A stretch of 64,000 nucleotides of DNA from a virus. The stretch covers positions 32,001 to 96,000 of IMG/VR virus record IMGVR_UViG_3300044981_000387. One strand, written 5' to 3'. How positions within the stretch are numbered: position 1 is the stretch's first letter; the number at the start of each line of letters is the position of its first letter. The notes under the pieces were generated by a model, which saw nothing but the letters and a program-made list of their open reading frames with translations, made no database searches and was not told the origin of the DNA. The translations under genes and the position numbers were made by a program. This document shows positions 53,917 through 63,564 of this stretch, in pieces.

Positions 53917-54214
53917 TTTGTTTATCCCACTTAGCCAATTGCTTTTTATATTTCTTCAGCTCTTTATCAAAGTCTTTATTTTTGATTTCTTTTTCCCAGG
54001 CAATTTCAATCCAGACTTCATCGCCATCTTCTTCATATTGATTCTCTTTCAGTTCTATGGTCACATCCATAGCGCCTTTAGGAATAACTTCTTTACACCA
54101 TTCCAAAAAAGATATAAGAGAAACTTTAGAGCTAACATGATAGAAATGATAGTTAGCTGACCCTTTAGTTACAATTCTTTTAGCAGGTTTTATTGGCTTA
54201 TCTATTAAGTTCAT
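53903..54214 (-). CDS. hypothetical protein
   Basis: 103-aa ORF. Confidence 0.6.
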   Translation of the reverse strand: MNLIDKPIKPAKRIVTKGSANYHFYHVSSKVSLISFLEWCKEVIPKGAMDVTIELKENQYEEDGDEVWIEIAWEKEIKNKDFDKELKKYKKQLAKWDKQNGKS

Positions 54215-54259
54215 ATAGTTTCAGAATGATAGTATTCCATATCATTCCGAAATGATTGA

Positions 54260-55507
54260 TTACGGATGCGGATTAATCTGAAGGTCGCGAGCAGTCTTGA
54301 CCATCAACATATCCACCACACCTTGATTGAGGCCCGTGCCACCGGTTCCACCACTACCCACCACCGTATCCGGTGTTTGGCGTTGATTACCATAAGCATT
54401 GGCCCAAGCAATTTCAACTTGCTTGTAGACATCCAACTTCTCCAACACATAGTTATTAGCTCGCATAGCTAATCTCTTACTGTCGGCGTCAGCCTTGGCT
54501 TCCGTAACAGTCTGTTGTGCGGCTAACTTAGCGGTTTCCAACGACAGGGCGGCGACGTCTCTATCCTTGGTGGCTTGAGTGACAGCGACTTCCTTATCCT
54601 TCTCAGCGGAAGTAACGGCGGTTGCCTTCTCAACTTCTTGTGCCCACTTAGCTTTGGCAGCTTCTGCTTTACCTTGCTGCTCCACAGTCAAAGTATCTTG
54701 TTCTGCTTTCTTAGCATTGACGATAGCTTGTTGCACAGCCATAATAGCCTCTTGCTGCTGCTTAATTTGGGCCTCTACTGCCGGATCATATTCAATACCA
54801 TTGATGGTAATATTACTGGCATTCATACCAAATCTCTGAATAGGACTATCCTCTTCACGCTCAATACCATTAGGAGAATGAGTATTTTGCTTCGGAATAA
54901 CGATATCAACCACCTTCTCTTGTCCAGTCAATGGATCAGTGGTCTTAACCTGATCGTGCTCCGTACGATACACACCATAGATAATTTGGTCTGTGATGTA
55001 GTTAATTAAATCGGCACGCTTTTCGGCGTAAGACTCGCGAGAACTCATCAATGGTCCGGACATAAAGACGCTCTTATTAACTACCTGACGCACCAATTCG
55101 TGGTCAATAGCTTCCATTGAATGGTAGGTTTGGTGAAGAGCGATCATTTTGTTCTGATCGGTAGGTAGGGTATAACGAAGAGAACCAGAGATATTTCCGT
55201 GTCCACCGTCATTAAAACGAACCTTGATACTATCGTCGGTTTCTTTTCCTTCATCTGTCTTGGCACTAAACCAAAGTTGAGCAGAACGCTTATAGCGCGT
55301 TACCGTTCCAAAGTTCTGCCAGTGCACGCCTGAAGTATCCCATACATGAAGTTGTCCGCCGACAACATCTTGTTTAATAACAATTTCATCAGCACCTACT
55401 GTAGTGACGGAGTCGAAAACTACTATGAGTCCAACTACCAACACTACTACTCCAATCACTAACTTAACGATTAGGCTCGTTAAGCCGTTATTTTGTTGTG
55501 TAGCCAT
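54260..55507 (-). CDS. SPFH/Band 7 (prohibitin/flotillin-like) membrane protein
   Basis: N-terminal TM helix, SPFH core (VRFNDGG...YTLP), Ala/Glu/Lys-rich coiled coil. Confidence 0.85.
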   Translation of the reverse strand: MATQQNNGLTSLIVKLVIGVVVLVVGLIVVFDSVTTVGADEIVIKQDVVGGQLHVWDTSGVHWQNFGTVTRYKRSAQLWFSAKTDEGKETDDSIKVRFNDGGHGNISGSLRYTLPTDQNKMIALHQTYHSMEAIDHELVRQVVNKSVFMSGPLMSSRESYAEKRADLINYITDQIIYGVYRTEHDQVKTTDPLTGQEKVVDIVIPKQNTHSPNGIEREEDSPIQRFGMNASNITINGIEYDPAVEAQIKQQQEAIMAVQQAIVNAKKAEQDTLTVEQQGKAEAAKAKWAQEVEKATAVTSAEKDKEVAVTQATKDRDVAALSLETAKLAAQQTVTEAKADADSKRLAMRANNYVLEKLDVYKQVEIAWANAYGNQRQTPDTVVGSGGTGGTGLNQGVVDMLMVKTARDLQINPHP

Positions 55508-55510
55508 TTC

Positions 55511-55777
55511 TTATATTCTCCTATGCTTTTCTTGTTCTTCTACATCATCATCTTTAAGAACATCTTCATAGAGATGATCATAGAGTTTTTCAGCTTCTTT
55601 ATTTAGGCGAGCTGCCTCAACATCAAGGCGGGCCTGCTCCAATCTTTCTTTAGCTTGTGCCAAGGAACTTTTCCTGCTCACGGGTAACAGTCGTTTAACA
55701 AATTGATAAAGCGGTACTCCAATGAAAAATACTACAGTCCCTAAAAGCAATAGCAATAAAATATCCTCGAATAACAT
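55511..55777 (-). CDS. small single-pass membrane protein
   Basis: N-terminal TM helix plus coiled coil; SD GGAGG. Confidence 0.65.
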   Translation of the reverse strand: MLFEDILLLLLLGTVVFFIGVPLYQFVKRLLPVSRKSSLAQAKERLEQARLDVEAARLNKEAEKLYDHLYEDVLKDDDVEEQEKHRRI

Positions 55778-55790
55778 TAATCCTCCAAAT

Positions 55791-55810
55791 AAAAAACCAG
55801 CTTCCGCTGG
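55791..55810 (-). terminator. Rho-independent terminator
   Basis: CCAGC-GGAA-GCTGG hairpin followed by TTTTTT, downstream of the thioredoxin gene. Confidence 0.75.
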
Positions 55811-55842
55811 CTCTCATAAATATTCAGTTGTAATTTTACTTT

Positions 55843-56178
55843 TTAGTTAGTCTTAATAACTTTGCCAAATAATAAAGCATCTAACTCAGACAATGTCGTT
55901 AATCCGACTTTAGTTCCGGTTTGTTTGCCATTCTCAAAAATATAAAGACTGGGGACACCTCGAATACCAAACTTGGCGACTGTATTAGGTGCGTCATCAA
56001 TATCTACTGATACCACCTTAATCTTGCCAATATTATTGGTAGCAAACTCTTCTATAATAGGAAGCTGTCTTTGGCAGGGCGCACACCATGTTGCGCCAAA
56101 ATCTACTAACACTATTCCAGAATCACTCAATACTTCCGCCTCAAAATTACTATCATCAACTATTTTTACTTCGCTCAT
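55843..56178 (-). CDS. trxA: thioredoxin
   Basis: VDFGATWCAPC, VDID, FGIRGVP. Confidence 0.93.
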   Translation of the reverse strand: MSEVKIVDDSNFEAEVLSDSGIVLVDFGATWCAPCQRQLPIIEEFATNNIGKIKVVSVDIDDAPNTVAKFGIRGVPSLYIFENGKQTGTKVGLTTLSELDALLFGKVIKTN

Positions 56179-56196
56179 TAGATCCTCACATCGGGC

Positions 56197-56224
56197 AACA
56201 TAAATCTTATAAATTGGCTGTCAA
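56197..56224 (-). promoter_or_regulatory. conserved early-type promoter, copy B
   Basis: TTGACA GCCAATTTATAAGATT TATGTT. Confidence 0.7.
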
Positions 56225-56241
56225 GGGCTGCTGGAACCACC

Positions 56242-57348
56242 TTATTTTTTGATGGTTGTGCCGCCACATAAACTCTTAAACATGTCAAAAAATACAGTGC
56301 AATTATAGAGTTTATGTTTAGTAATGTCGTCGAATGAAAACGAATTATACAATCCCATTAGTTGTATTTCTTGTTCCACATTCTGTTTAATAAAGAATTG
56401 ACACAGACGCTCTAAATAAGCTTCCCTCTTTTTAGTTTTTTCAGCAAAAACTTTTTGTTTGGTATAATAACAGGCAGCTACTACAAATACTACTTTTTCA
56501 GTGGGAGCCAAAGAACTGAAATCAAAAGATAAATTATTGTTGTCTATTAGGGCACGAACATATGGCTCAAACTTACGATAGTGTTCATACCATAACTTGA
56601 AGCGCAAACCCACCTCCCCTCCGACATAACCAGAGATAATGTGAGTGACACTTTCTATATCCGCCATCTTCAACTCTTTAGTTTTAATTAGAGCTTCGGA
56701 AGCTAAAGTCCAACTGCGTGGTGACGGAGAAGCATAAGCAGTGTCGGCTATTTCTCCACAAGCAAAAGTAGGATCACTGCGCAAAAATCCTAGAATCAGA
56801 TCGTGAACTCCGTTACTTTTACACCAATCAATCCATTGACTGAAATCAAAAGTTAAGATATACTTAGCGCCCCTATCTAATAGAGCGCTAGAAATCTGAT
56901 TGGAGTAAGTGCCTTCATTTAATAAATTGCCGGTTAAGATACAAGCTACGGCATTGATGGGCCTTCCATTGATCTTCTTAAAAAGCAAAATCTCTAATAA
57001 AGGAGCCGTTACTTCTGGTGGAGCCTTATCCACTTCATCAAATAAAATTATACTATCCGGCTTTTTACCTTCTTGTAGAGGAGGTAAAAAATATGGAGAC
57101 TTAAAGTTAATAATATCTCCCGGCACACTCATATCAGGATAACCCGCTAAATCAGGCCTTTCTATCACGCTCAAATTAACATAAATAATTCGTAACTTAC
57201 ATTCTTGGGCAGCCTGAATGGCTATGGCTGTCTTTCCAGTTCCTCTCCTACCGAAAAGGAAAATATTTTGTCCCGCCCCAATAAAAAACTTGGTTAAGTT
57301 TAATGCTTGAATCTGGTCTATTTCCGGTAAATTAAGAGCGTTGGTCAT
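56242..57348 (-). CDS. MoxR/dynein-related AAA+ ATPase
   Basis: GRRGTGKT, DLAGYP, ILFDEVDKA, LTGN, SALLDR, SPRSW. Confidence 0.85.
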   Translation of the reverse strand: MTNALNLPEIDQIQALNLTKFFIGAGQNIFLFGRRGTGKTAIAIQAAQECKLRIIYVNLSVIERPDLAGYPDMSVPGDIINFKSPYFLPPLQEGKKPDSIILFDEVDKAPPEVTAPLLEILLFKKINGRPINAVACILTGNLLNEGTYSNQISSALLDRGAKYILTFDFSQWIDWCKSNGVHDLILGFLRSDPTFACGEIADTAYASPSPRSWTLASEALIKTKELKMADIESVTHIISGYVGGEVGLRFKLWYEHYRKFEPYVRALIDNNNLSFDFSSLAPTEKVVFVVAACYYTKQKVFAEKTKKREAYLERLCQFFIKQNVEQEIQLMGLYNSFSFDDITKHKLYNCTVFFDMFKSLCGGTTIKK

Positions 57349-57382
57349 ATTTGCCTTATGATATCATAAGACTATATAACCT

Positions 57383-57610
57383 TCAATTGAGTCCTAGAGC
57401 TTTCCGGTCTTTAATTTCAGTTAATAGTTCGGGAATATACAAAGAAGAATCGAAAGTTTGGATGGCAGCTTGCCCTAAAATATTATCACCTTTTTGGGCT
57501 TCCTTAATGGCCTCTTCTAATTCTTTAGCAGCGGCTTCCGCAGATAAAGTAATAGAAAATAAATGCCATTTGTGAGTGGGTCTACTTTTAATATAAATGC
57601 CATGTATCAT
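57383..57610 (-). CDS. hypothetical protein
   Basis: 75-aa ORF. Confidence 0.55.
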   Translation of the reverse strand: MIHGIYIKSRPTHKWHLFSITLSAEAAAKELEEAIKEAQKGDNILGQAAIQTFDSSLYIPELLTEIKDRKALGLN

Positions 57611-57613
57611 ATT

Positions 57614-58165
57614 TTACGCCTTTATGTTTTCTAACAGCATATTACAAAACAGTTGGCCTTGTTCAATCGCGTCATCTACCGCCACATGAGTGTGTGGCGC
57701 ATCAGAAAACCATCGTTTAGGCATATTCTTTTTGGTAGACTGTCGATACTCCGTTTTCATGAGAGCCATACTATATGTCTTAATATCCAAAGCTGAAAAA
57801 GAAAATGGACTCTTGAGTCCAAAATGGATAATATAATGATAAACGAACATGAAATCAAAGGTGGCTGGATAGCCAACAAAAACTGGCTTGCCTGGTTGCT
57901 TATTGACCCAAGATATAAATTGTTCCATAGCTTGTTGGGGATCGCGAACATCTTGTCGAGTGGCTTCATAAGCCTCTTGATTGTCTGACCAGAACTTCAT
58001 AGTGTCTGGGTCTTCTGAGGCCTCTGGCAAAGTTCTTAAATTGGCAGAAAAGGTAGATAGCAACTTACCCTCAGAGGTAAAAGCAGCGGCTCCTAAAGAT
58101 AACATGGAATAGTCACCAGGGATGGGACCGTTCGATTCTATGTCACATGATATATAGGTTTCCAT
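57614..58165 (-). CDS. DEDDh 3'-5' exonuclease (Rv2179c-like exoribonuclease)
   Basis: SCDIESNGP, ATFDFMF, LDIKT, HTHVAVDDAIEQ. Confidence 0.88.
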   Translation of the reverse strand: METYISCDIESNGPIPGDYSMLSLGAAAFTSEGKLLSTFSANLRTLPEASEDPDTMKFWSDNQEAYEATRQDVRDPQQAMEQFISWVNKQPGKPVFVGYPATFDFMFVYHYIIHFGLKSPFSFSALDIKTYSMALMKTEYRQSTKKNMPKRWFSDAPHTHVAVDDAIEQGQLFCNMLLENIKA

Positions 58166-58168
58166 AAT

Positions 58169-59272
58169 TTATCTTCCTTCTAAAGACTGTTCTACCAAAC
58201 AAATGCACAATTGATCCAATAGCTTAATATTTGGCTGATTAGGTAATGTAGATTTTAGATAAGCCGACTTCACTTCATTTTCTACTTGATCGGCATAATC
58301 CACCAATTTATCAAAACTCCAGGCTCCAGTCTTGATCGCCATCAATTCTTCTCGATCGTCTGTGCGTTTAACTTGCACTTTACCAGTTTCTAAAATCTCT
58401 TTTCCCATCCTTAAAAGACGCACAAGCTGTGTGGCATGTTTAAGATCGAACCCATATTTAGCCTCTAATTCGGCGCGTTTGGGGTTTCTATTTTTCTTCC
58501 ATGACTGATAAGAGTGCCAATCGCTAACCTTGTTTTCGTATTCTTTTTCCTTCTTAATAATGGCTATCAAATTATCATCTAATCCAATAGTACGAGCTGC
58601 CGCCAACCATTTATCATCCGAAGTAATTTGCATCTCGGTTAAAATGTCTGCTACTTTTCCTTGCAAATATATCTTCTGACTATCGGTGAATGGCTCGAAG
58701 TCAGGATTCCAGCTTTCCAATTTCTTGGCAATTAAACTTTTAACCACATCGAATTGGTTTTTATCGATCATTGGTTTAATAGGTAGCCCCATCTCTTGTC
58801 TGGTTGGCGGAACTGACATAGGGTTCAATAACCATTTGCGGTGGTTTTTTATCCTATGGGCTTGAGATTTGGCAAAACCAATATACCTTTCTTTTAACTG
58901 TTTAGATAAAAACTCCTCCTTATGTTCGAGAAGGGCTTGTCCAGCTTCCGAAACTATTATATGATCAGAAGGATCAGTAAATAAAATATCGATGCAGTTT
59001 GGGTTTCCCATAGAAAGGAGATTAAAAAACTTTGTAATCTCAAAAATAGTAGTATCTGGCTCTTTTATTTCAGCTTGCTCAAACCTCGAATTAAAACCCA
59101 ACAAATATGGTTTGGTTGGAATACATACACCACGATAATCCCAATCGGATGTCTCTGTTTCTAGTCCATATGCCCTGCTACCAGATAGAGTAAAAAAGAT
59201 AGTATTATCCCGTATCCAACTTAAATGTGGACTATTTTTGGCAATCAAATCTAATACAGGATGTTTACTCAT
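58169..59272 (-). CDS. DNA polymerase beta superfamily nucleotidyltransferase
   Basis: SGSRAYGLETETSDWDYRGV, GNPN, KHATQLVRLL. Confidence 0.88.
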   Translation of the reverse strand: MSKHPVLDLIAKNSPHLSWIRDNTIFFTLSGSRAYGLETETSDWDYRGVCIPTKPYLLGFNSRFEQAEIKEPDTTIFEITKFFNLLSMGNPNCIDILFTDPSDHIIVSEAGQALLEHKEEFLSKQLKERYIGFAKSQAHRIKNHRKWLLNPMSVPPTRQEMGLPIKPMIDKNQFDVVKSLIAKKLESWNPDFEPFTDSQKIYLQGKVADILTEMQITSDDKWLAAARTIGLDDNLIAIIKKEKEYENKVSDWHSYQSWKKNRNPKRAELEAKYGFDLKHATQLVRLLRMGKEILETGKVQVKRTDDREELMAIKTGAWSFDKLVDYADQVENEVKSAYLKSTLPNQPNIKLLDQLCICLVEQSLEGR

Positions 59273-59480
59273 GACTAATTAACCACTTCAATTCTTTTCC
59301 ACTATATTCACAACGTGACCATACCAATTTTCTGTTTTGTCTTTTACGACGAGTATGTGTGCGTAATATAATACTATTCTTATAGATACCTACGCCCGCT
59401 TTACATTTAGGACATACCACATAGCCTTGGAAACCAGATATGTATTGCATAAAGTTATGCCCAAGATTTTCCACAACCAC
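59265..59480 (-). CDS. small zinc-ribbon protein
   Basis: CPKC...H...C. Confidence 0.5.
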   Translation of the reverse strand: MVVENLGHNFMQYISGFQGYVVCPKCKAGVGIYKNSIILRTHTRRKRQNRKLVWSRCEYSGKELKWLISHE

Positions 59481-59775
59481 AAGTATGTTGTGCCTGAGGA
59501 TTATTAAACTTAAAACCGGCTCCCGTTAAACCTTCTACATAATCAATTTCCGTACCATCTAAATATTGGAAAGATATCATATCTATGACTATCTTAACGT
59601 CATTTTGTTCAATAACTTCATCAGTATCTTGGATCTGATCATCAAAAGCCATATCGGTCATATAACCGGCGCAGCCGCCGCCCTTAACCCCTATACGAAC
59701 AATATTATAGCCAATACCTTCTGCTTCCGATAATTCTTTAATCTGCTCTACGGCTTTGGCAGTAATGGTAATCAT
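59455..59775 (-). CDS. iscA: HesB/IscA family Fe-S cluster carrier
   Basis: GVKGGGCAG, YLDGTEIDY, FKFNNP...CGCGKSW. Confidence 0.92.
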   Translation of the reverse strand: MITITAKAVEQIKELSEAEGIGYNIVRIGVKGGGCAGYMTDMAFDDQIQDTDEVIEQNDVKIVIDMISFQYLDGTEIDYVEGLTGAGFKFNNPQAQHTCGCGKSWA

Positions 59776-60759
59776 TTATTCGTCCTCGAACTCGTCCTCA
59801 AAAGGATACTTATCTTCTTTTTCTTCATGATCATAACAGTTAGAGCATAACTCTTCATCAAGATCACATTCTTCTCCACATGATTCACAGAAGTTTTCTT
59901 CTTCCTCATAACACTCACAATGCTCGATGCAGCAACAACATTCTTCACAGTCTATGATATCATCGCAGTATTCGCACATGTCATCTGGATCTATTTCTTC
60001 ACTATCTACGGGGACAAAATAGTCAGGATCAACCACACGTAAAGAACTGCCAGTATGTTCGGCGTCCACTACACCTAATACCTTATAGGAACAAACGCGC
60101 ATTTTTGCCTGATTGTAATCACTAGGTATGGCCACCACATTCGCCGGATTAACTTCCACCTCTAACATTTGGCCACCAGAATAGAAGTTGGAAGCGTAGT
60201 CATAATTAGCCACATGCAAACCATTACTACAAGTACGAGAAGAATCTTCATCAACTTGATTGCGTGGTACTTCTACTATTGCGCCCGGAGAGTTGTCAAA
60301 AGTGCCAGTGTGAACATCCTTAAAATCTTCACGCACTTTTTTGTAAGCAATGAAATTACCATTTTCCGTGAAGGGATGGTCATTCTTTTCCAAAAACTGG
60401 AAGAGTTCATTGACAGAACGATAAGATGGGTTGCCCTGTAAGTTTTCTGCAAACTTGACCAAAGGCTCATATGGAAGGCCCTCGTCAATAAACTTCTGAA
60501 TCTTCTTGGCTAATTCAGCAGGAACTTTAACGCCCTTAACCAAAAGCTCACCGTCCCTAACTACCACATTACCCTTGGACTTTTTTTCCATAGCCTTGGC
60601 AACAGACACTAAATCGGGGATTTTCTCAAAACGTTGTTCTTTGATAGCTAGAATTAGGTCGGTAGCTAAAGGATCGCTACGCTTAACGATATGTGTTTGT
60701 CCCTTGTAATTGACCGTAACATTCTGATCAGTAATAAACCAATTAACTTTTAATGACAT
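59776..60759 (-). CDS. rIIB-like protein with acidic Cys-rich C-terminal tail
   Basis: FAENLQGNPS...ELFQFL, GNFIAYKKV, CSNGLHV, KMRVCSY; start MSLKV at 60759. Confidence 0.85.
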   Translation of the reverse strand: MSLKVNWFITDQNVTVNYKGQTHIVKRSDPLATDLILAIKEQRFEKIPDLVSVAKAMEKKSKGNVVVRDGELLVKGVKVPAELAKKIQKFIDEGLPYEPLVKFAENLQGNPSYRSVNELFQFLEKNDHPFTENGNFIAYKKVREDFKDVHTGTFDNSPGAIVEVPRNQVDEDSSRTCSNGLHVANYDYASNFYSGGQMLEVEVNPANVVAIPSDYNQAKMRVCSYKVLGVVDAEHTGSSLRVVDPDYFVPVDSEEIDPDDMCEYCDDIIDCEECCCCIEHCECYEEEENFCESCGEECDLDEELCSNCYDHEEKEDKYPFEDEFEDE

Positions 60760-60772
60760 ATTATTCTCCTGA

Positions 60773-62893
60773 TTAAACTTTCTTTTGATTTTTATTATGT
60801 TTGTCAATTAAATTGACATATTGAGCGATATGAGCAGATATTTGAGTATAGGTAAAATTATAATGATTAATAGATCCTAATAATGGATAGGTAGTATCGT
60901 ATAATTTATTGATTGATTCAATATCTAATTCTGGATGTTTCTTTAAGAACTGATCTGTTTCTTTGTCGGTAATCTGACCCTTAAAAGTCTCATACACTTG
61001 CAGCACACCAGTGTCTCCAGCACTTATATCCTTGATTTTTTGATGTAAGAGGATCCTTTTGAGAAATGGACTATTTGGATCGGAAATAAGAGGCTTTAAG
61101 ACAGAAATGGATTGAAGAAGCCGCTCCTCCACATGATATCTATTGTCCATAGCAAACTTCATCTCCACATAGTTGAGGTTAGAGTTGCTCAAAATATTTT
61201 GATCGATATACTTTTCTAGAGATATAAAATCACCAAAATCTTCTTTTATTCGATCTTTAGGTAAATCACTATCTACGCCATAGAAAGAGGTGTTGATACT
61301 TTTTAGGGCCACCGATTTCATGGAACCTAAATCTAATGTCACATTATTCTTAAGAGCTGGTTTCCTAACATTAAGAGGATAATTCACCTTGTTTAACAAA
61401 CATAATACCTTATCGTTACTATCTTCATCAATAGAAGCATAGCTAACCTGCCCAAAATGGGCATGAGCGGAATCAAACTTAAAAACTAACAAACGAGCAG
61501 AGGTTGGAGTATAAGCACGACCCGTAGCTTTAGTAATCTCCGATAATCTTCTAGCAGACAGTTTATCTAAATGAAGAGTTTTATTTAATTTATCCTCAGT
61601 TATTTTTTCGGTAGGACAAATAACTTGAATAGAATTGAGTTTTGGATCATCATCAAAAGCTTTCTTTACATGACGAGGGGTTGGCTCTTTGATGGGCAAA
61701 TCGTTAACAAAAAGAGCAGAATGTTCCTCAAAATGCACCGAAGTCATACGAGAACGGCTTAACTTATTGGGATCGGTGCCGTGTTTACGAGAATATTTAC
61801 CACGAGTAAAAGTAAAGGCTGGACAACCAACTGTCAACCAATTGCCATGCAACTCAATACCCTTCCACTCTAACTTACCCAAAAAACTTAAATCATTAAA
61901 GACGTTCTTCAATTCTTTGCGATAATAGAGGTTAGCTTGCCATAAATCTGAGAAAGAGTCAATTTTGATATCCAATAATTTTTTGATCTCTTTTTGCATT
62001 TCCTCCAAACGCTCACGAATCTTATCTTGCGTCTTCTTGTCTAAATATAAAGCCTCACGACTAGCAGATAAACTCAACTCTCCTACACTAAAATACATTA
62101 GAACGATACCCTGACAATGATCAATAAGCGTAGTACTGGCGTAAGTTCGCAAAGCATCTAAAGATAAAGGATACTCAATATCATCCACAATCATTTTAGC
62201 TTCATGATTATATTGGTGTGAAACTTGAGACGCAATGGCCCAACCCTGGCCCTCCAAAATAGGAGTATGGGTTTGCCATTGGATACTACCACCTTTGATG
62301 ATAGGTTTAGTTGACCAATGACGACAAGCATGCTCCGTCCATTCTGCAAATAAATGGGCATCTTTGGGTTCTGCCGGAATCACAATCTCCGTGCTATTAG
62401 GTTCTTTGGTTGGCTCTTGAGATAACTGAGCTAATTTGCCAACTTTAGTAGGATCAATGAAACATGTATACTGATATTTAGTGCCGTTATAAATGGTGTT
62501 AATAGCAAAAGTATCACTATATGAAAATGGGGTTTTGGCTCCTAAACCAAAACCGCCTGTCTGCACATTGTCGTCACGTTTAGTGCTAGCAGTATATTGA
62601 ATGAAAATGTTGGACATACGATCAGGACTAATGCCCGGACCCCAATCCTTGATACGATAATTATTATCTAAATGGTTTGGCAACACAATCTGGATAGGAA
62701 CATCTGGTTTGCCTACTTCACGATGAGCATCACGAGCATTACAACTAATCTCACGGCAAATAGCTAGAATGGGATTAGAATACATCTTGTTGCGCAAAAT
62801 GTCGAAGATCATACCCTGGTCTTTGATAGAGAAGAATTGCTCCTCCATTTGTCCCGAGCTTTCGACCACGGGGCGAACATCCGTTAATTTCAT
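60773..62893 (-). CDS. rIIA-like protein (GHKL/HATPase N-terminal domain)
   Basis: YSNPILAICREISCNARDAH, DWGPGIS, STK, GGFGLGAK; directly upstream of rIIB. Confidence 0.88.
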   Translation of the reverse strand: MKLTDVRPVVESSGQMEEQFFSIKDQGMIFDILRNKMYSNPILAICREISCNARDAHREVGKPDVPIQIVLPNHLDNNYRIKDWGPGISPDRMSNIFIQYTASTKRDDNVQTGGFGLGAKTPFSYSDTFAINTIYNGTKYQYTCFIDPTKVGKLAQLSQEPTKEPNSTEIVIPAEPKDAHLFAEWTEHACRHWSTKPIIKGGSIQWQTHTPILEGQGWAIASQVSHQYNHEAKMIVDDIEYPLSLDALRTYASTTLIDHCQGIVLMYFSVGELSLSASREALYLDKKTQDKIRERLEEMQKEIKKLLDIKIDSFSDLWQANLYYRKELKNVFNDLSFLGKLEWKGIELHGNWLTVGCPAFTFTRGKYSRKHGTDPNKLSRSRMTSVHFEEHSALFVNDLPIKEPTPRHVKKAFDDDPKLNSIQVICPTEKITEDKLNKTLHLDKLSARRLSEITKATGRAYTPTSARLLVFKFDSAHAHFGQVSYASIDEDSNDKVLCLLNKVNYPLNVRKPALKNNVTLDLGSMKSVALKSINTSFYGVDSDLPKDRIKEDFGDFISLEKYIDQNILSNSNLNYVEMKFAMDNRYHVEERLLQSISVLKPLISDPNSPFLKRILLHQKIKDISAGDTGVLQVYETFKGQITDKETDQFLKKHPELDIESINKLYDTTYPLLGSINHYNFTYTQISAHIAQYVNLIDKHNKNQKKV

Positions 62894-62902
62894 GGTGCTC
62901 TT

Positions 62903-62930
62903 AAGTTAAATCTTATAAATTAGATGTCAA
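62903..62930 (-). promoter_or_regulatory. conserved early-type promoter, copy C (rIIA/rIIB operon)
   Basis: TTGACA TCTAATTTATAAGATT TAACTT. Confidence 0.7.
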
Positions 62931-62941
62931 GGGCGACCAAA

Positions 62942-63541
62942 TCAACCGTATAAATGACGAAGCACCAACCACACAATAGGAACAAGAAAGGACAAGTGTA
63001 TAATTTGATCTATCGCAATCATGAGAATCTTGCCCAAAGTAGTGTCGATAAACTCCATAAAGCCACGTAGAACTAATTGTTTATTAGCGATCTTAAGGCT
63101 CTTTTTATCTGTAACGGAAGTGGCGAGATCCCAGCGCCATGGCTTAAATAACAGATCATGATATAGGGTACCATCAGGATTATATAATTTACCAACACCA
63201 TTTTCTAGCTTAATAGTCCATCGCATTTCTGGTGGACGCCTAACATGCAAAGCCCAATAAACAACTGGTAAATATGTATCTTCAATAAAATGAGACACAA
63301 ACAAAATTAATAAACATACTATAAGTTCTAACACAGTTAGAGCTCCCACATGAGTGAAAATAAGCAATAAAGGTACAAACCCTAAAGTATAAACCAAACA
63401 GTGACGAGCTCTTACCTTAGCATTATTGTGCTTAGCCATAGCTTCGGCATGAGTTTGGCAAATCCAATCAACAAAGAAATGAATAAAAGTTAGCACAGAA
63501 AACAGGCCTCCGGCTAAAGCAAACAAAATAACTAATTCCAT
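62942..63541 (-). CDS. DUF3307 family membrane protein
   Basis: HFFVDWICQT, SHFIEDT, DQIIHL. Confidence 0.8.
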   Translation of the reverse strand: MELVILFALAGGLFSVLTFIHFFVDWICQTHAEAMAKHNNAKVRARHCLVYTLGFVPLLLIFTHVGALTVLELIVCLLILFVSHFIEDTYLPVVYWALHVRRPPEMRWTIKLENGVGKLYNPDGTLYHDLLFKPWRWDLATSVTDKKSLKIANKQLVLRGFMEFIDTTLGKILMIAIDQIIHLSFLVPIVWLVLRHLYG

Positions 63542-63564
63542 AATAGTTCTCCTAATAATACAAA

